The notes beneath the pieces were generated by a model that did no database searches, was not told the origin of the DNA, and saw only the letters and a list, made by a program, of their open reading frames with translations. Position numbers and translations under genes: made by a program. Positions 33,175-42,651 of a DNA stretch of 64,000 bases are shown here, one piece after another. The DNA is taken from the sequence record NC_052661.1; one strand, given 5' to 3'. Origin of the DNA: Escherichia phage ukendt. The stretch's first letter is position 1. Every line of letters starts with the position of its first letter.

Positions 33175-35250
33175 GTGGCAAAGAAAAAGGCAGCAGGTAG
33201 TTTAGCTGGAGTAGATATTGAAGTAAAGGCTCAACCAGGTAAACAGACTCTTGCAATGGATTTAATGCCAGAAGTTATGATTTATGGTGGTGCCGCTGGA
33301 TGTGTTTCTGCTGAAACGGAATATCTTACAAAAGATGGTTGGAGACAGATTAGTGAATATTCGGGAGAAGATATTTACCAATACAACCCTAAGAATAAGC
33401 GTTTAGAATTGGTAACACCTTACTTTGTAGAATACGATTTAAATGGAGATAATCTATACAGAATAACAAATGGTGTAGGATTGTTCCAAGAACTTAGTAT
33501 GGAACACCGTTTTGTATTCTATAAGAAAAAGAAATCAAAGAAACATTTCGAGATTCTTGTAGGAGATCTTATTGCATTACAGCAAATAGGAAAACCCCTG
33601 CAAGGTTATGTAGAAAATCCATTCGGTAAACGTGTTCCTTTTAACATACCTGGTAAAAAGAGCACTTACTTAAAAATACACGAGGTTATTTCAACAGATG
33701 ATAAGAAATATTGTTTTGAGACTCCAAGCAGCTATATTGTCTTTAGACGTGGCGATCACTGCTTCGTTACTGGGAATAGCGGCAAGTCTCGTCTGCTATT
33801 GCTGAAAGCTTTAAAATACGCCTACAAAGACCCTTTGTTTGGTGGAATACTTTTCCGTAAGAACACCACTGCTCACCGTAAACCAGGTGGTCTGTTTACA
33901 GAAGCAAAACGTTTGTATCTTCCTTTACAACCGCACGTAAAAGAAAGTACAATGGATATCATTTTTGAAGCCACTGGCGGTGGAACCCTCAAATTTGACC
34001 ATTTGGAAAACGATAACGTAACCGCAGAAACAAACCATCAGGGTACACAGTATTCAATGGTAGGTTTTGACGAGTTAACCCACTTCACACAGTATGAAAT
34101 GCTCTATCTTCTGGGACGTATGCGTTCAGAATCAGAAACAAGCTTCATGTTGTGCACATGTAACCCCGATGCAGATAGTTGGGTTTTGAATTGGGTACTA
34201 CCTTATCTCGATGAGGGCGGTTATCCTAGAGAAGATATGTGTGGTAAACAAAAATATTTCATCATTGTTAACGATGAACCTGTTTTTGCTGACACACCTG
34301 AAGAACTGAAAGAAAAATATCCAGAAAACTGTTTCATGGAAAACCCTAATACAGGGGAGACAGTTATTATTGAACCACAAACTTTCGTATTTATCGGTGG
34401 GACAATATTTGATAACCCAGAATTGATTAGGCTTAACCCTAATTATTTAGCACAGCTTAAATCACAAACAGCAATCAAAAGAGCACAACTCTTGGACGGC
34501 TGTTGGTTTGCACGTATACAGAAAGAGTCTTTCTTCCAACGTGAATGGTTGCATAAGATATCTTATAAAGATGTTCCTAATAATCTTAAACTAATGCGAG
34601 CATGGGATAAAGCTGTTTCAGTTCCTACAGAAACTTATCGTTATCCAGACTATACAACATCTGTCAAAATGGGTAAAGACCAAGATGGTAATATCTACAT
34701 CTTTGGTGACTATGATTATGATGCTGTGGATGAGAAAAGTAAAATTTTCGGAAGGTTTCGAAGATTACCTGGGGAAAGGGATAACCTGATTCTAAATCAA
34801 TGTAAGATTGATGGACCAGAAGTTACAGTAGTTCTTCCTAAAGACCCATCTGGTGCTGGGACAATAGAATATACAGAGTCTGCAAAGAAACTTATTCTAG
34901 AGGGTTTTGTTGTTAAACCGGATGCTATGCCAGGTAACAAGAAAAAGCTTCAGCGTTTTATGCCTTTTAGTAGTGCGTGTCAAAACGGTTTTGTTTATAT
35001 TGTTGAAGATTCTTTCCCTAATGTGGAAACTTTAACCCACTTTTATAAAGAATTGGAATCTTTCAATGGTGAAAGATCTACAGCCACTATTAAAGATGAC
35101 ATTCCCGATGCTGCTGCTTCTTGTTTCAATACTCTGTCAAAAGAGAATACTTTCAAAGCAGTAGCTATCCCTGCAACAACAAATGCTCCTACAGGATACA
35201 GTAGAATGAACAGCGGATTTCACCAACCGTATAGTGTCCGTAAAAGATAA
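33175..35250 (+). CDS. terL: terminase large subunit (intein-containing precursor)
   Basis: GTG start with SD; N-extein ...IYGGAAG and C-extein SGKSRLL... rebuild Walker A GAAGSGKS; 691-aa precursor directly upstream of portal. Confidence 0.8.
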   Translation: MAKKKAAGSLAGVDIEVKAQPGKQTLAMDLMPEVMIYGGAAGCVSAETEYLTKDGWRQISEYSGEDIYQYNPKNKRLELVTPYFVEYDLNGDNLYRITNGVGLFQELSMEHRFVFYKKKKSKKHFEILVGDLIALQQIGKPLQGYVENPFGKRVPFNIPGKKSTYLKIHEVISTDDKKYCFETPSSYIVFRRGDHCFVTGNSGKSRLLLLKALKYAYKDPLFGGILFRKNTTAHRKPGGLFTEAKRLYLPLQPHVKESTMDIIFEATGGGTLKFDHLENDNVTAETNHQGTQYSMVGFDELTHFTQYEMLYLLGRMRSESETSFMLCTCNPDADSWVLNWVLPYLDEGGYPREDMCGKQKYFIIVNDEPVFADTPEELKEKYPENCFMENPNTGETVIIEPQTFVFIGGTIFDNPELIRLNPNYLAQLKSQTAIKRAQLLDGCWFARIQKESFFQREWLHKISYKDVPNNLKLMRAWDKAVSVPTETYRYPDYTTSVKMGKDQDGNIYIFGDYDYDAVDEKSKIFGRFRRLPGERDNLILNQCKIDGPEVTVVLPKDPSGAGTIEYTESAKKLILEGFVVKPDAMPGNKKKLQRFMPFSSACQNGFVYIVEDSFPNVETLTHFYKELESFNGERSTATIKDDIPDAAASCFNTLSKENTFKAVAIPATTNAPTGYSRMNSGFHQPYSVRKR
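33301..33777 (+). mobile_element. mini-intein (159 aa) in the terminase Walker A motif
   Basis: starts CVSAETEYLTKDGW (block A: Cys1, ...ET.YLT.DG), ends ...HCFVTGN followed by +1 Ser; removal restores the P-loop; no homing-endonuclease domain. Confidence 0.65.
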
Positions 35251-35253
35251 TTG

Positions 35254-35282
35254 TTGACAAAAGTCACTTTAAAGTGTATTAT
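35254..35282 (+). promoter_or_regulatory. promoter TTGACA-N17-TATTAT with extended TG
   Basis: gtTTGACAaaagtcactttaaagtgTATTAT after terL stop. Confidence 0.45.
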
Positions 35283-35351
35283 AACTAGATAGGTGAGGTT
35301 GTATATAATACAGCCTTGCCTTAACGATTTTATACCTGACTGGAGGAACAA

Positions 35352-36917
35352 GTGTCAACAGGAAAAAGAACGTACACTAAAAAGTCAGAATACTGGGACA
35401 AAGGTGCTGCAAATAAAGCTGCTCTCTCTCCAACAAAAGAGGCAGAGAAAGAGAAAACGTTACTCCTGTCACCTGAAATAGGAACGATCGGATTAAACTC
35501 AATCAAAGCATTTACGAATTTCATGCAACCTTATGAGACTCGTTTCCCAGAATGTATTCGCACTTTTAAAGAGATGGGTGAAGACCCTGATGTAGCTACT
35601 GCTCTTGACGCTACATATATCTTTGTAGATAGAGCATTCTTTGATTTCAAGATAAAATACAATGTAAACTCGGCAAAGTCAAGAAAAGCTGCTAAGTTTA
35701 TTGATTACATGTTACGCAATATGCAAGCCCCTCTACGTCAATATGTTAGATCACTTTTGACATATAAGCAATATGGTTTTGCATTCGCAGAGAAAGTTTA
35801 TGAGTTGGATGAAGATCCTAAAAGTCCTTACTTTGGGTATTGGCGATTGACCAAACTGGCTTTTAGACCACAAGACACTCTTCACATGGCTCAACCTTTT
35901 ACATATTCGGCAGACGGACGTTCTATTCTATCTGTTAACCAGAATATCACCAATACGATGTTAGCTCCAGGTAATACAACTTTAGAAACTGGTATTAAAG
36001 AAATTCCTTTCAGTAAAGTTTTATTTGTTGGTAGTAACATTACAGAGAATAACCCACTAGGAGTTAGTCCGCTTTTAGCTGTATATCGTAGCTGGCGTGA
36101 AAAATCTCTTATTCAGGAATTTGAGGTTATTGGGGTATCTAAAGATTTAGGTGGTATGCCAGTTCTTAAGGTTCCAAGTGACATTCTAAACAGAGCATCT
36201 TTAGATCCTGCTGGGGATGAAGCACAATCTCTTCGAGTTCTCCAAGCCAACATCGCTAACCTGCACTCTGGTGAGCAAGCCTACATGGTATTGCCTTCAG
36301 ACGTTTATGAAGGCACAGTGATGCGTCAATACGATCTTGTATTCCAAGGTGTTGATGGCACGGGTAAACAGTTTGACACTCAAGCACTAATCAAACAACG
36401 CAAGCTAGATATTTATAACCGCTTTGGTGCGGGTGTGTTGATTATGGGTGATGGTGATGCAGGAAGTTTTGCGCTTTCTGACAACAAACAAACACTATTG
36501 TCTCATTTTATTGAGCGAGATGTAGATATTGTTGTAGAAGCTATAAACTCTCAACTGATCCCTCAAACACTACGACTAAACAATATCTTCCTTTCTGATG
36601 AAGATATGCCTAAGTTTGTCAGTGGTGAAATGGGTGATCCTGATATTGAAGTAAATGCTAAAGCTATTCAGCAGTTGGTAGCCTCTGGTGCAATACCTTT
36701 AACACCAGAAGTTATTAACGAGTTCCTTGAAAAAATTGGTTTTGAATATCGTATCCCTGACGATATTGTTGCCAATAAAGAGAAATTCTTTGAATTCATG
36801 GATAACTACATGCCTGACAAAACTTCACGATCAGGAGATGGTTTAGCTACAGCGGGAACTGGAACGTCTGATACTGTTTCTGCTTTAGATCCTTCAGCAC
36901 AAAACCTGTCGAATTAA
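35352..36917 (+). CDS. portal protein (putative)
   Basis: 521 aa, GTG start with SD GGAGGA, directly after terL; assigned by position and size. Confidence 0.55.
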   Translation: MSTGKRTYTKKSEYWDKGAANKAALSPTKEAEKEKTLLLSPEIGTIGLNSIKAFTNFMQPYETRFPECIRTFKEMGEDPDVATALDATYIFVDRAFFDFKIKYNVNSAKSRKAAKFIDYMLRNMQAPLRQYVRSLLTYKQYGFAFAEKVYELDEDPKSPYFGYWRLTKLAFRPQDTLHMAQPFTYSADGRSILSVNQNITNTMLAPGNTTLETGIKEIPFSKVLFVGSNITENNPLGVSPLLAVYRSWREKSLIQEFEVIGVSKDLGGMPVLKVPSDILNRASLDPAGDEAQSLRVLQANIANLHSGEQAYMVLPSDVYEGTVMRQYDLVFQGVDGTGKQFDTQALIKQRKLDIYNRFGAGVLIMGDGDAGSFALSDNKQTLLSHFIERDVDIVVEAINSQLIPQTLRLNNIFLSDEDMPKFVSGEMGDPDIEVNAKAIQQLVASGAIPLTPEVINEFLEKIGFEYRIPDDIVANKEKFFEFMDNYMPDKTSRSGDGLATAGTGTSDTVSALDPSAQNLSN

Positions 36918-36945
36918 AAATATTTAATATTTTTTAATTTTTCTA

Positions 36946-36974
36946 TTGACAAAACAACAAATATCCTGTAGACT
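36946..36974 (+). promoter_or_regulatory. promoter TTGACA-N17-TAGACT
   Basis: ctaTTGACAaaacaacaaatatcctgTAGACT. Confidence 0.45.
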
Positions 36975-37010
36975 AAGATTTATGGGATATCTGTTTTTAA
37001 GAGGTTTCAA

Positions 37011-37490
37011 ATGGAACTCAATAAAGATACACTGTGGGAACTCTTCAAAACCTTCGCTGGTTTTAAAGAGAATTCTGAATCCCAACAAGATTCTATACCA
37101 TCTCAAAAACCTGAAACTCTAGTCAAACAAAATAAATTTGATGAAGAAAAGATGCAGGTTATTGAGGTCTTGTATTGTCCACCTGAAGAAGACGATCTCC
37201 ACGGAGAGCGCATGTCTGATTTGGAAATCAGGAAGATGGTTGACAACTTCAATGAGAATATTACCAATATTAGTGGTAATCTTGGTCACATGAAGAACAC
37301 CGATAAGTTTTCTCCAATTAAAGCTTGGGTAAATGAAGTCGATTGTTACATTGGTGACGAACTCGTTGTGGAAGGAACTCCCCTCGTTAAAATCCAATTC
37401 AACGACCCTGAATTATATCAAGCTCGTAAAGACGGCGTTCTTAAAGGTTTGAGTATAGGCGCAATGGGCGTTAAAGTCAAGAAGGACTAA
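37011..37490 (+). CDS. head morphogenesis protein (possible prohead protease)
   Basis: 159 aa between portal and scaffold; no catalytic motif confirmed. Confidence 0.35.
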   Translation: MELNKDTLWELFKTFAGFKENSESQQDSIPSQKPETLVKQNKFDEEKMQVIEVLYCPPEEDDLHGERMSDLEIRKMVDNFNENITNISGNLGHMKNTDKFSPIKAWVNEVDCYIGDELVVEGTPLVKIQFNDPELYQARKDGVLKGLSIGAMGVKVKKD

Positions 37491-37492
37491 TC

Positions 37493-38608
37493 GTGGCAAA
37501 TACATATTTAACTAACGTAGACTTTTCTGGAAAAGCTACGGAAGAGTCACTAGGTGCTCATATTGCTTACACTTTTGATTTTCAAGGTGGAGCGGCATCT
37601 GGTTATAATACCCCCCTTTTATTTAAGTCAGACGGATCTCCAGACATAACTTTTGAAAAGTTAGAAGCTCTCACTAAAATGGGAGAAGATGTTACAGAGT
37701 TACGTAAAAGCTATATTCAACAAGTGATGGATCGCATTTCTGAAAAAGTGCGTGAAAAATTTGAAGCTGGTTGGGATTGGGTTTACGTTATTGATGCTGA
37801 CTTCGATGCGAACGTTGCAATTTTCTGTTCAGATAACGGTATGTTCTCTGTTGGCTTTAAAGTTGACGGACTGAATATTGAAGTTGAAGAGGTTGCTAAA
37901 CCTGTTGTTCGTGTTACTGATTATCAAGTTGTTGATGGTGATGTAATGATCTCCATTGATTTCTTTGAGGACGTTTTAGACGATGCTTTGAGTAATCTCG
38001 TTAAGAGTTCCTTGAAACAAAGTCAAGTTAAAGATTATTTAGTGAAAGCTCACGCTAAAGCTAATACAAACTCTGTGGATGCAGAGGCTAACCCCGCAGG
38101 TGATAAATCTGCAAACACAACTGGAATCAATAAAGGAGAAACCCCTTTGGAAAATATCAACAAAGAAGAATTCCTGAAATCTGCTGAATTCCAAGAACTG
38201 ATGAAAGCACAAATCGCTGAAGCTGTAGAAAAAGCAGCCGCAGATGCACGTGCAGCCGCAGAACTTGAAGCACAGGAAAAAATCGCTAAGGCAGAACAGG
38301 AAGCAGAAGAACTTCGTAAAGCTGAACAAGCTCGTATCGAAGAAGAATATACAACTGTTGTTAAATCCTATTCTTTCGTAGAAGAAGACAAAGTTGAAGC
38401 TCTCGTTAAATATCTGGTAGACAATAAAGATATCGCTGAAACTATCGTCAAAGCATTCGAAAAAGCACGTGCAGAAGTGGACGCAGTTAAGAAAGAATTT
38501 GGAACAGAACGTGGTGTTGACGTGATCAATACTCAACCTGTAGCTAAATCTTCTTCTGAACTGATTAGTCAGAAAGCTGCTGAACTTAAAAAAGCCCAGA
38601 AACAATAA
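37493..38608 (+). CDS. scaffolding protein (putative)
   Basis: GTG start; Ala/Glu-rich coiled-coil region AAADARAAAELEAQEKIAKAEQEAEELRKAEQARIEEE; position before decoration/capsid genes. Confidence 0.5.
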   Translation: MANTYLTNVDFSGKATEESLGAHIAYTFDFQGGAASGYNTPLLFKSDGSPDITFEKLEALTKMGEDVTELRKSYIQQVMDRISEKVREKFEAGWDWVYVIDADFDANVAIFCSDNGMFSVGFKVDGLNIEVEEVAKPVVRVTDYQVVDGDVMISIDFFEDVLDDALSNLVKSSLKQSQVKDYLVKAHAKANTNSVDAEANPAGDKSANTTGINKGETPLENINKEEFLKSAEFQELMKAQIAEAVEKAAADARAAAELEAQEKIAKAEQEAEELRKAEQARIEEEYTTVVKSYSFVEEDKVEALVKYLVDNKDIAETIVKAFEKARAEVDAVKKEFGTERGVDVINTQPVAKSSSELISQKAAELKKAQKQ

Positions 38609-38627
38609 TCTTAGGAGATTAAATTAA

Positions 38628-39026
38628 ATGGCTAAAGGAATTACTTTATCTAACTCTCGCCAGGAATTCGGACACCTGGTTCTGGGTGGAGTGTTTAGCT
38701 CTGACCTTGGACACTGTGTACGTGAAGTTAACCTGGTTAAAACAGCAACCATGAAAATTGGTTCTATCCTGAAAGCTGACAACACTGAAGCTGCTAAAGC
38801 TGAAGCTGCCGATGCTGCTAAAGTTCTGATTTGGACTGATGCTCTGTTCGGTATTGACGATGTAGCAGTAGGTGACACTTTCACCGCAGTTGTTGGCGTA
38901 CGTGATCTTACTCTGAACCGCTTTGCAGTATACTACAAAGATGGCTCCCTGGTAGATGACGCTGGCGTAGCAGCACTGGAAACACATGATCTGAAACTGA
39001 CCGAAAAAGTCGTTTTCACTTCTTAA
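38628..39026 (+). CDS. head decoration protein (lambda gpD-like)
   Basis: 132 aa just upstream of capsid gene; VLIWTDALFGIDDVAVGDTFTAVV resembles gpD from memory; host-optimal codons (ctg, cgt, ggt). Confidence 0.5.
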   Translation: MAKGITLSNSRQEFGHLVLGGVFSSDLGHCVREVNLVKTATMKIGSILKADNTEAAKAEAADAAKVLIWTDALFGIDDVAVGDTFTAVVGVRDLTLNRFAVYYKDGSLVDDAGVAALETHDLKLTEKVVFTS

Positions 39027-39047
39027 TTTTAATAGGAGATTAATATA

Positions 39048-40049
39048 ATGCCAGCAGTAATTTTAGATCAGGTTGTAGATTTCAGCCCTATGATCGAACT
39101 TCAGGATTCCCCTGATACACTGATTGCCAGCCTGAATCTGTTCAGTGTTGACTATCATTCAACTACCGCTATTGAAATCGGTAAAGAAAAAGCTGAAGAT
39201 GCTCTGATCTCCGCTCGTGAGCGTGGTGGTGAGCGTAACTTCCTGACCATGAAAAATCCAGAACTGAAAGCGTTCCGCATTCCGTTCTTCCCTCTGGATA
39301 AAAACATCAAAGCTCAAGATATTCAATCTTTCCGTAGCTTTGCAATGGCAGGAATCAATGACTCTCTGCGCACAGACGCTGAAGTTGTTAACCGCTATAT
39401 GTCCCAGATTCTGCGTGATGTAGCAAAAACCAAAGAAAAAATCTTTGCAGAAGCAGTTATGGGTCGTGCCTATAACGGCGTAGGTGGTGCAGCTAACTCT
39501 GCATACAACTGGTATACCGAATGGGGTGCTACCCAGAAATCTGTTGCTGTAGACTTTGCTTCTACCACTGTTTCTCCAGCAGCCACTATCGAACAAGAAG
39601 CTCGTGCTTACATCATCGATACTAAACAAGATGGCTCTACCGCTACCCGTATCGTAGCTCTGTGCTCTCGTGAATTTTTCGCATCTCTGGTTAACTCTCC
39701 ATTTGTTCGCCAGGCGTATCAGTATTTCCAGGGAACTCCTAACCTTCTGCGTGACCGCCTTAGCGGTAACATGGATGTTCAGGTGTTCGAATGGAACGGT
39801 GTAACTTACATTGAAGATATCCACGGTAACATCCCTGCTGGTGAAGCATATGTTCTGCCTATGGGTATCGAAGGTATGTTCCAGGCGCACTACGCTCCTG
39901 CGGATACTCCAGAACTGGCTAACACCCAGGCTCGTGAACTGTATACCTTCATGATCAGCCAGCACCGCACTATTCAGCTTCAGTCTGAATTCTCGCTGCT
40001 CGCAGTTAACACCCGTCCAGAACTGGTAGTTAAACTGACTACGGCTTAA
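39048..40049 (+). CDS. major capsid protein (lambda gpE-like)
   Basis: 333 aa, host-optimal codon usage, followed by a terminator; C-terminal LANTQARELYTFMISQ resembles lambda gpE LGNTQARGLRTYGCIQ (from memory). Confidence 0.7.
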   Translation: MPAVILDQVVDFSPMIELQDSPDTLIASLNLFSVDYHSTTAIEIGKEKAEDALISARERGGERNFLTMKNPELKAFRIPFFPLDKNIKAQDIQSFRSFAMAGINDSLRTDAEVVNRYMSQILRDVAKTKEKIFAEAVMGRAYNGVGGAANSAYNWYTEWGATQKSVAVDFASTTVSPAATIEQEARAYIIDTKQDGSTATRIVALCSREFFASLVNSPFVRQAYQYFQGTPNLLRDRLSGNMDVQVFEWNGVTYIEDIHGNIPAGEAYVLPMGIEGMFQAHYAPADTPELANTQARELYTFMISQHRTIQLQSEFSLLAVNTRPELVVKLTTA

Positions 40050-40069
40050 TAGAACTCTGTTAAGATTAG

Positions 40070-40097
40070 AGGCTCGTCCGTGATGGGCGAGCCTTTT
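40070..40097 (+). terminator. intrinsic terminator after capsid gene
   Basis: AGGCTCGTCC-gtgat-GGGCGAGCCT followed by TTTTCTGTTT. Confidence 0.55.
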
Positions 40098-40133
40098 CTG
40101 TTTACAATAAGAGTTTACAACGAGGAGATTGAT

Positions 40134-40478
40134 ATGTCAAACCCAGAATTGAAACGTTACTTTAGTTATCACGAAATGATTCGTGATTTCGAATCGCTTT
40201 CACCACTGATCGATGCTGATAAAACATTAGTATCTGCGCCACCAATGTCTTTCTATCTGAAAGATGGTCGTATTGCATTAGGTGGAAACTTCATTCACTT
40301 CCTCACGCGTTTGAGAGAAGAAACAGGTATTCTTGTGCATCCTTTTGCAAGTGAAGAACACATGGGTTACTATCTTGTAAGTTACGAAGACTATGCACCT
40401 GTAAAAATCAAAGAAGAAGTTTTAAAAGTAGAAGCGGTAGACACTCCAGCTAAAAAACGTTCCCTTCGTAAAAAATAA
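40134..40478 (+). CDS. hypothetical head/neck protein (115 aa)
   Basis: start at ATG with SD GAGGAG; the track's upstream ATG lies inside the terminator hairpin. Confidence 0.45.
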   Translation: MSNPELKRYFSYHEMIRDFESLSPLIDADKTLVSAPPMSFYLKDGRIALGGNFIHFLTRLREETGILVHPFASEEHMGYYLVSYEDYAPVKIKEEVLKVEAVDTPAKKRSLRKK

Positions 40479-40487
40479 GGTGGGCTT

Positions 40488-41036
40488 ATGCTGAATGCGG
40501 TAGAGTTGGCACCACTGATCCGAATTCTTGTTTATAACCCTTCTCAAGAAGTATTGCCAGATGTGATGCTGATTCAGATCATCCAAACTTGGATTGATAT
40601 TATAGGGAATGAAGATAAGGATAAGTGTGCAGTATTGTGGAACAGCTTGATTTCTGTTTTAGAGTATTTATGGAACAACGATGTTCTTAACAACAGTACT
40701 CAAACAGGAGGAGCTATGTCCCGCAGAGAAAAGATGGGTGAAGTCGAAGTTGAAGTTAAATTTAACAACGGTCAAGTCACTTATAAATCTCCGTGGGAAG
40801 ATATCTATCATAACTATTTAAATGGTCTTATGGTGATCCCTGGGTGCACGGCAGGACGAGGAGCAACCAGCAAAGTTCTTATTGGCGGTGTGGATGCTCG
40901 TGAGATTGATCGAGTAAACAGCGATCCTAACTCTGTAAATGGTCTTGGTAATGTTGCAAGTGTTGATCGTAATACACGCAACGTTAATTATTTGCGAAAT
41001 TATGGACCTGTTTCTTTTTATCGTAGGGACAAATAA
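40488..41036 (+). CDS. putative head-tail connector/neck protein
   Basis: 182 aa, position between head and tail modules. Confidence 0.4.
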   Translation: MLNAVELAPLIRILVYNPSQEVLPDVMLIQIIQTWIDIIGNEDKDKCAVLWNSLISVLEYLWNNDVLNNSTQTGGAMSRREKMGEVEVEVKFNNGQVTYKSPWEDIYHNYLNGLMVIPGCTAGRGATSKVLIGGVDAREIDRVNSDPNSVNGLGNVASVDRNTRNVNYLRNYGPVSFYRRDK

Positions 41037-41524
41037 TGGAAAGTGAGATCTTACCAGGTGACGATACAGATTGGGAAACCATTATCAAAAAGATGATGGA
41101 CCTTGAACAAGTTCAAATCGAAGCTGGTTTTTTAACAAACAAAAGGCATCCTGAATCAGATCTCACTATTCCTGCAATAGCAGCTATTCAACAATATGGT
41201 AATGAAACAAATAACATACCTGCTCGCCCTTTTATAACAGATGGTGCTGTTATCTCACAGAACGATATCGCTAAAAAGATGAAGCAGGTTTTTTCAAATT
41301 ACCTAATGAACAATGTTGGGTTGGCTGTTTTTGAGCCTATAGCGAGAGCCTCTAGAGAAGGAATAGCTCAAGCGATTGCAATGCAACGTTATCGTCCTTT
41401 ATCTCCTGTGACAATTAAGATACGACAAGATAAAGGCAACTATTCTAATCATATCTTAATAGATACGGCATATATGATAAATGCAATCGAAACAAAAATC
41501 ACAAAAAGCAAGTCTAAAAAATAA
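41036..41524 (+). CDS. putative head completion/neck protein
   Basis: 162 aa, ATGA overlap with upstream gene. Confidence 0.4.
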   Translation: MESEILPGDDTDWETIIKKMMDLEQVQIEAGFLTNKRHPESDLTIPAIAAIQQYGNETNNIPARPFITDGAVISQNDIAKKMKQVFSNYLMNNVGLAVFEPIARASREGIAQAIAMQRYRPLSPVTIKIRQDKGNYSNHILIDTAYMINAIETKITKSKSKK

Positions 41525-41525
41525 C

Positions 41526-41554
41526 TTGCATAAACTTTGTTTTTGATGTATACT
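41526..41554 (+). promoter_or_regulatory. promoter TTGCAT-N17-TATACT
   Basis: cTTGCATaaactttgtttttgatgTATACT; overlaps the track's TTG start at 41537, favouring the GTG start at 41570. Confidence 0.5.
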
Positions 41555-41569
41555 AAAAAGGAGATACAA

Positions 41570-41986
41570 GTGTTACTAGATCAATTTACTCTCCTTGATC
41601 TAACTGAATACCAAGGTCGTAGACGAGTCTACAAAGAGGCAGTTGATTCAGTTATTGCTAACTTAGACAGTAGTGTAGAGTATGAACCATTTACTATTGA
41701 AGCAGCAAGCTTACAACCGATATCTGGTAAAACACTGAATGCACTACCTGAAGGTTACAGATCTAAGGCTCAATATAGTTTCTGGACTAAAACAGAAATG
41801 AAGGGGTTACAACAAGGAACAGAACAGTTATCAGATCAGATATTGATAGATGGTAAATGGTATTCTGTTTATTCCCTTAAGGATTGGACCAGAACATCTT
41901 TCTTAGTCCATCATCACTGTGTTGCAATATTAGACGATCAAAACAACTCCTGGTCTTATGGAACAGAAGGAGGAAACTTTGGCTAA
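41570..41986 (+). CDS. hypothetical neck/tail protein
   Basis: GTG start with SD AAGGAG downstream of promoter. Confidence 0.4.
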   Translation: MLLDQFTLLDLTEYQGRRRVYKEAVDSVIANLDSSVEYEPFTIEAASLQPISGKTLNALPEGYRSKAQYSFWTKTEMKGLQQGTEQLSDQILIDGKWYSVYSLKDWTRTSFLVHHHCVAILDDQNNSWSYGTEGGNFG

Positions 41987-42617
41987 TATTTACCAACAAA
42001 TAGAAGCATACGAAAATGCCATCTACTTAAATATAGGTGGCTTCCTTCAAGAATTAGTGGGGTTGCCAGTCTATGTTATGGATAAGCCATTCATTAAACC
42101 GGATACTCCTTACCTAGCACTACGTATTATCACTTCCAGCGATTCTGGAGGTTGGTCTTACCGAAGCTCTATTCAAAATGATATGTATTCCTACGAGATG
42201 GATAATACCTACGAGATTGAACTTGTAGCCTATCGTGGAAGACCTACTACTTTGATGAGCTATGTTCTGGCTGCTCTCCGTGGTGCAGAGGAATTAAAAT
42301 ACAAACATCTCTATTCTAAAGGTCTTGGTTTTTTAGGAGCCTCCAATATAGCTCAAGCCAATACAATTGTAGACGGAGATAAGACTGAATTAAGAGCGCG
42401 TATGGTTATGACGTTCAACACTCGTATGAGTATTGAAGATATTGCTACTACACCAATAGAAGCAATCAACATGCACATCCGTTCATTCAGAGATAGTTAC
42501 AATGATCCTATCCCTTTAGATTTAATTCTAAACAGGGTTTATGCAATTACTTTGGTTCCAGGCGAATACTCGTCAGTTAATCAAAATGGATCATTATTTA
42601 ACAACCCTACCGAATAA
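41958..42617 (+). CDS. putative tail completion/terminator protein
   Basis: position just upstream of sheath; start may be TTG 41979 (SD AAGGAGG) rather than ATG 41958. Confidence 0.4.
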   Translation: MEQKEETLANIYQQIEAYENAIYLNIGGFLQELVGLPVYVMDKPFIKPDTPYLALRIITSSDSGGWSYRSSIQNDMYSYEMDNTYEIELVAYRGRPTTLMSYVLAALRGAEELKYKHLYSKGLGFLGASNIAQANTIVDGDKTELRARMVMTFNTRMSIEDIATTPIEAINMHIRSFRDSYNDPIPLDLILNRVYAITLVPGEYSSVNQNGSLFNNPTE

Positions 42618-42651
42618 ACTCATTGGAATTAAGTTTCTAACAGGAGCATAA

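Noticed and set aside
38039-38605. 188-aa Phe/Cys-rich minus-strand ORF antisense to the scaffold gene
   Set aside because: Low-complexity composition produced by reading the Glu/Ala/Lys-rich scaffold gene in reverse; no start context.
39159-39965. 268-aa minus-strand ORF antisense to the major capsid gene
   Set aside because: It lies opposite a highly expressed, codon-optimised gene on the non-coding strand of the late block, with no SD; long antisense ORFs are expected by chance here.
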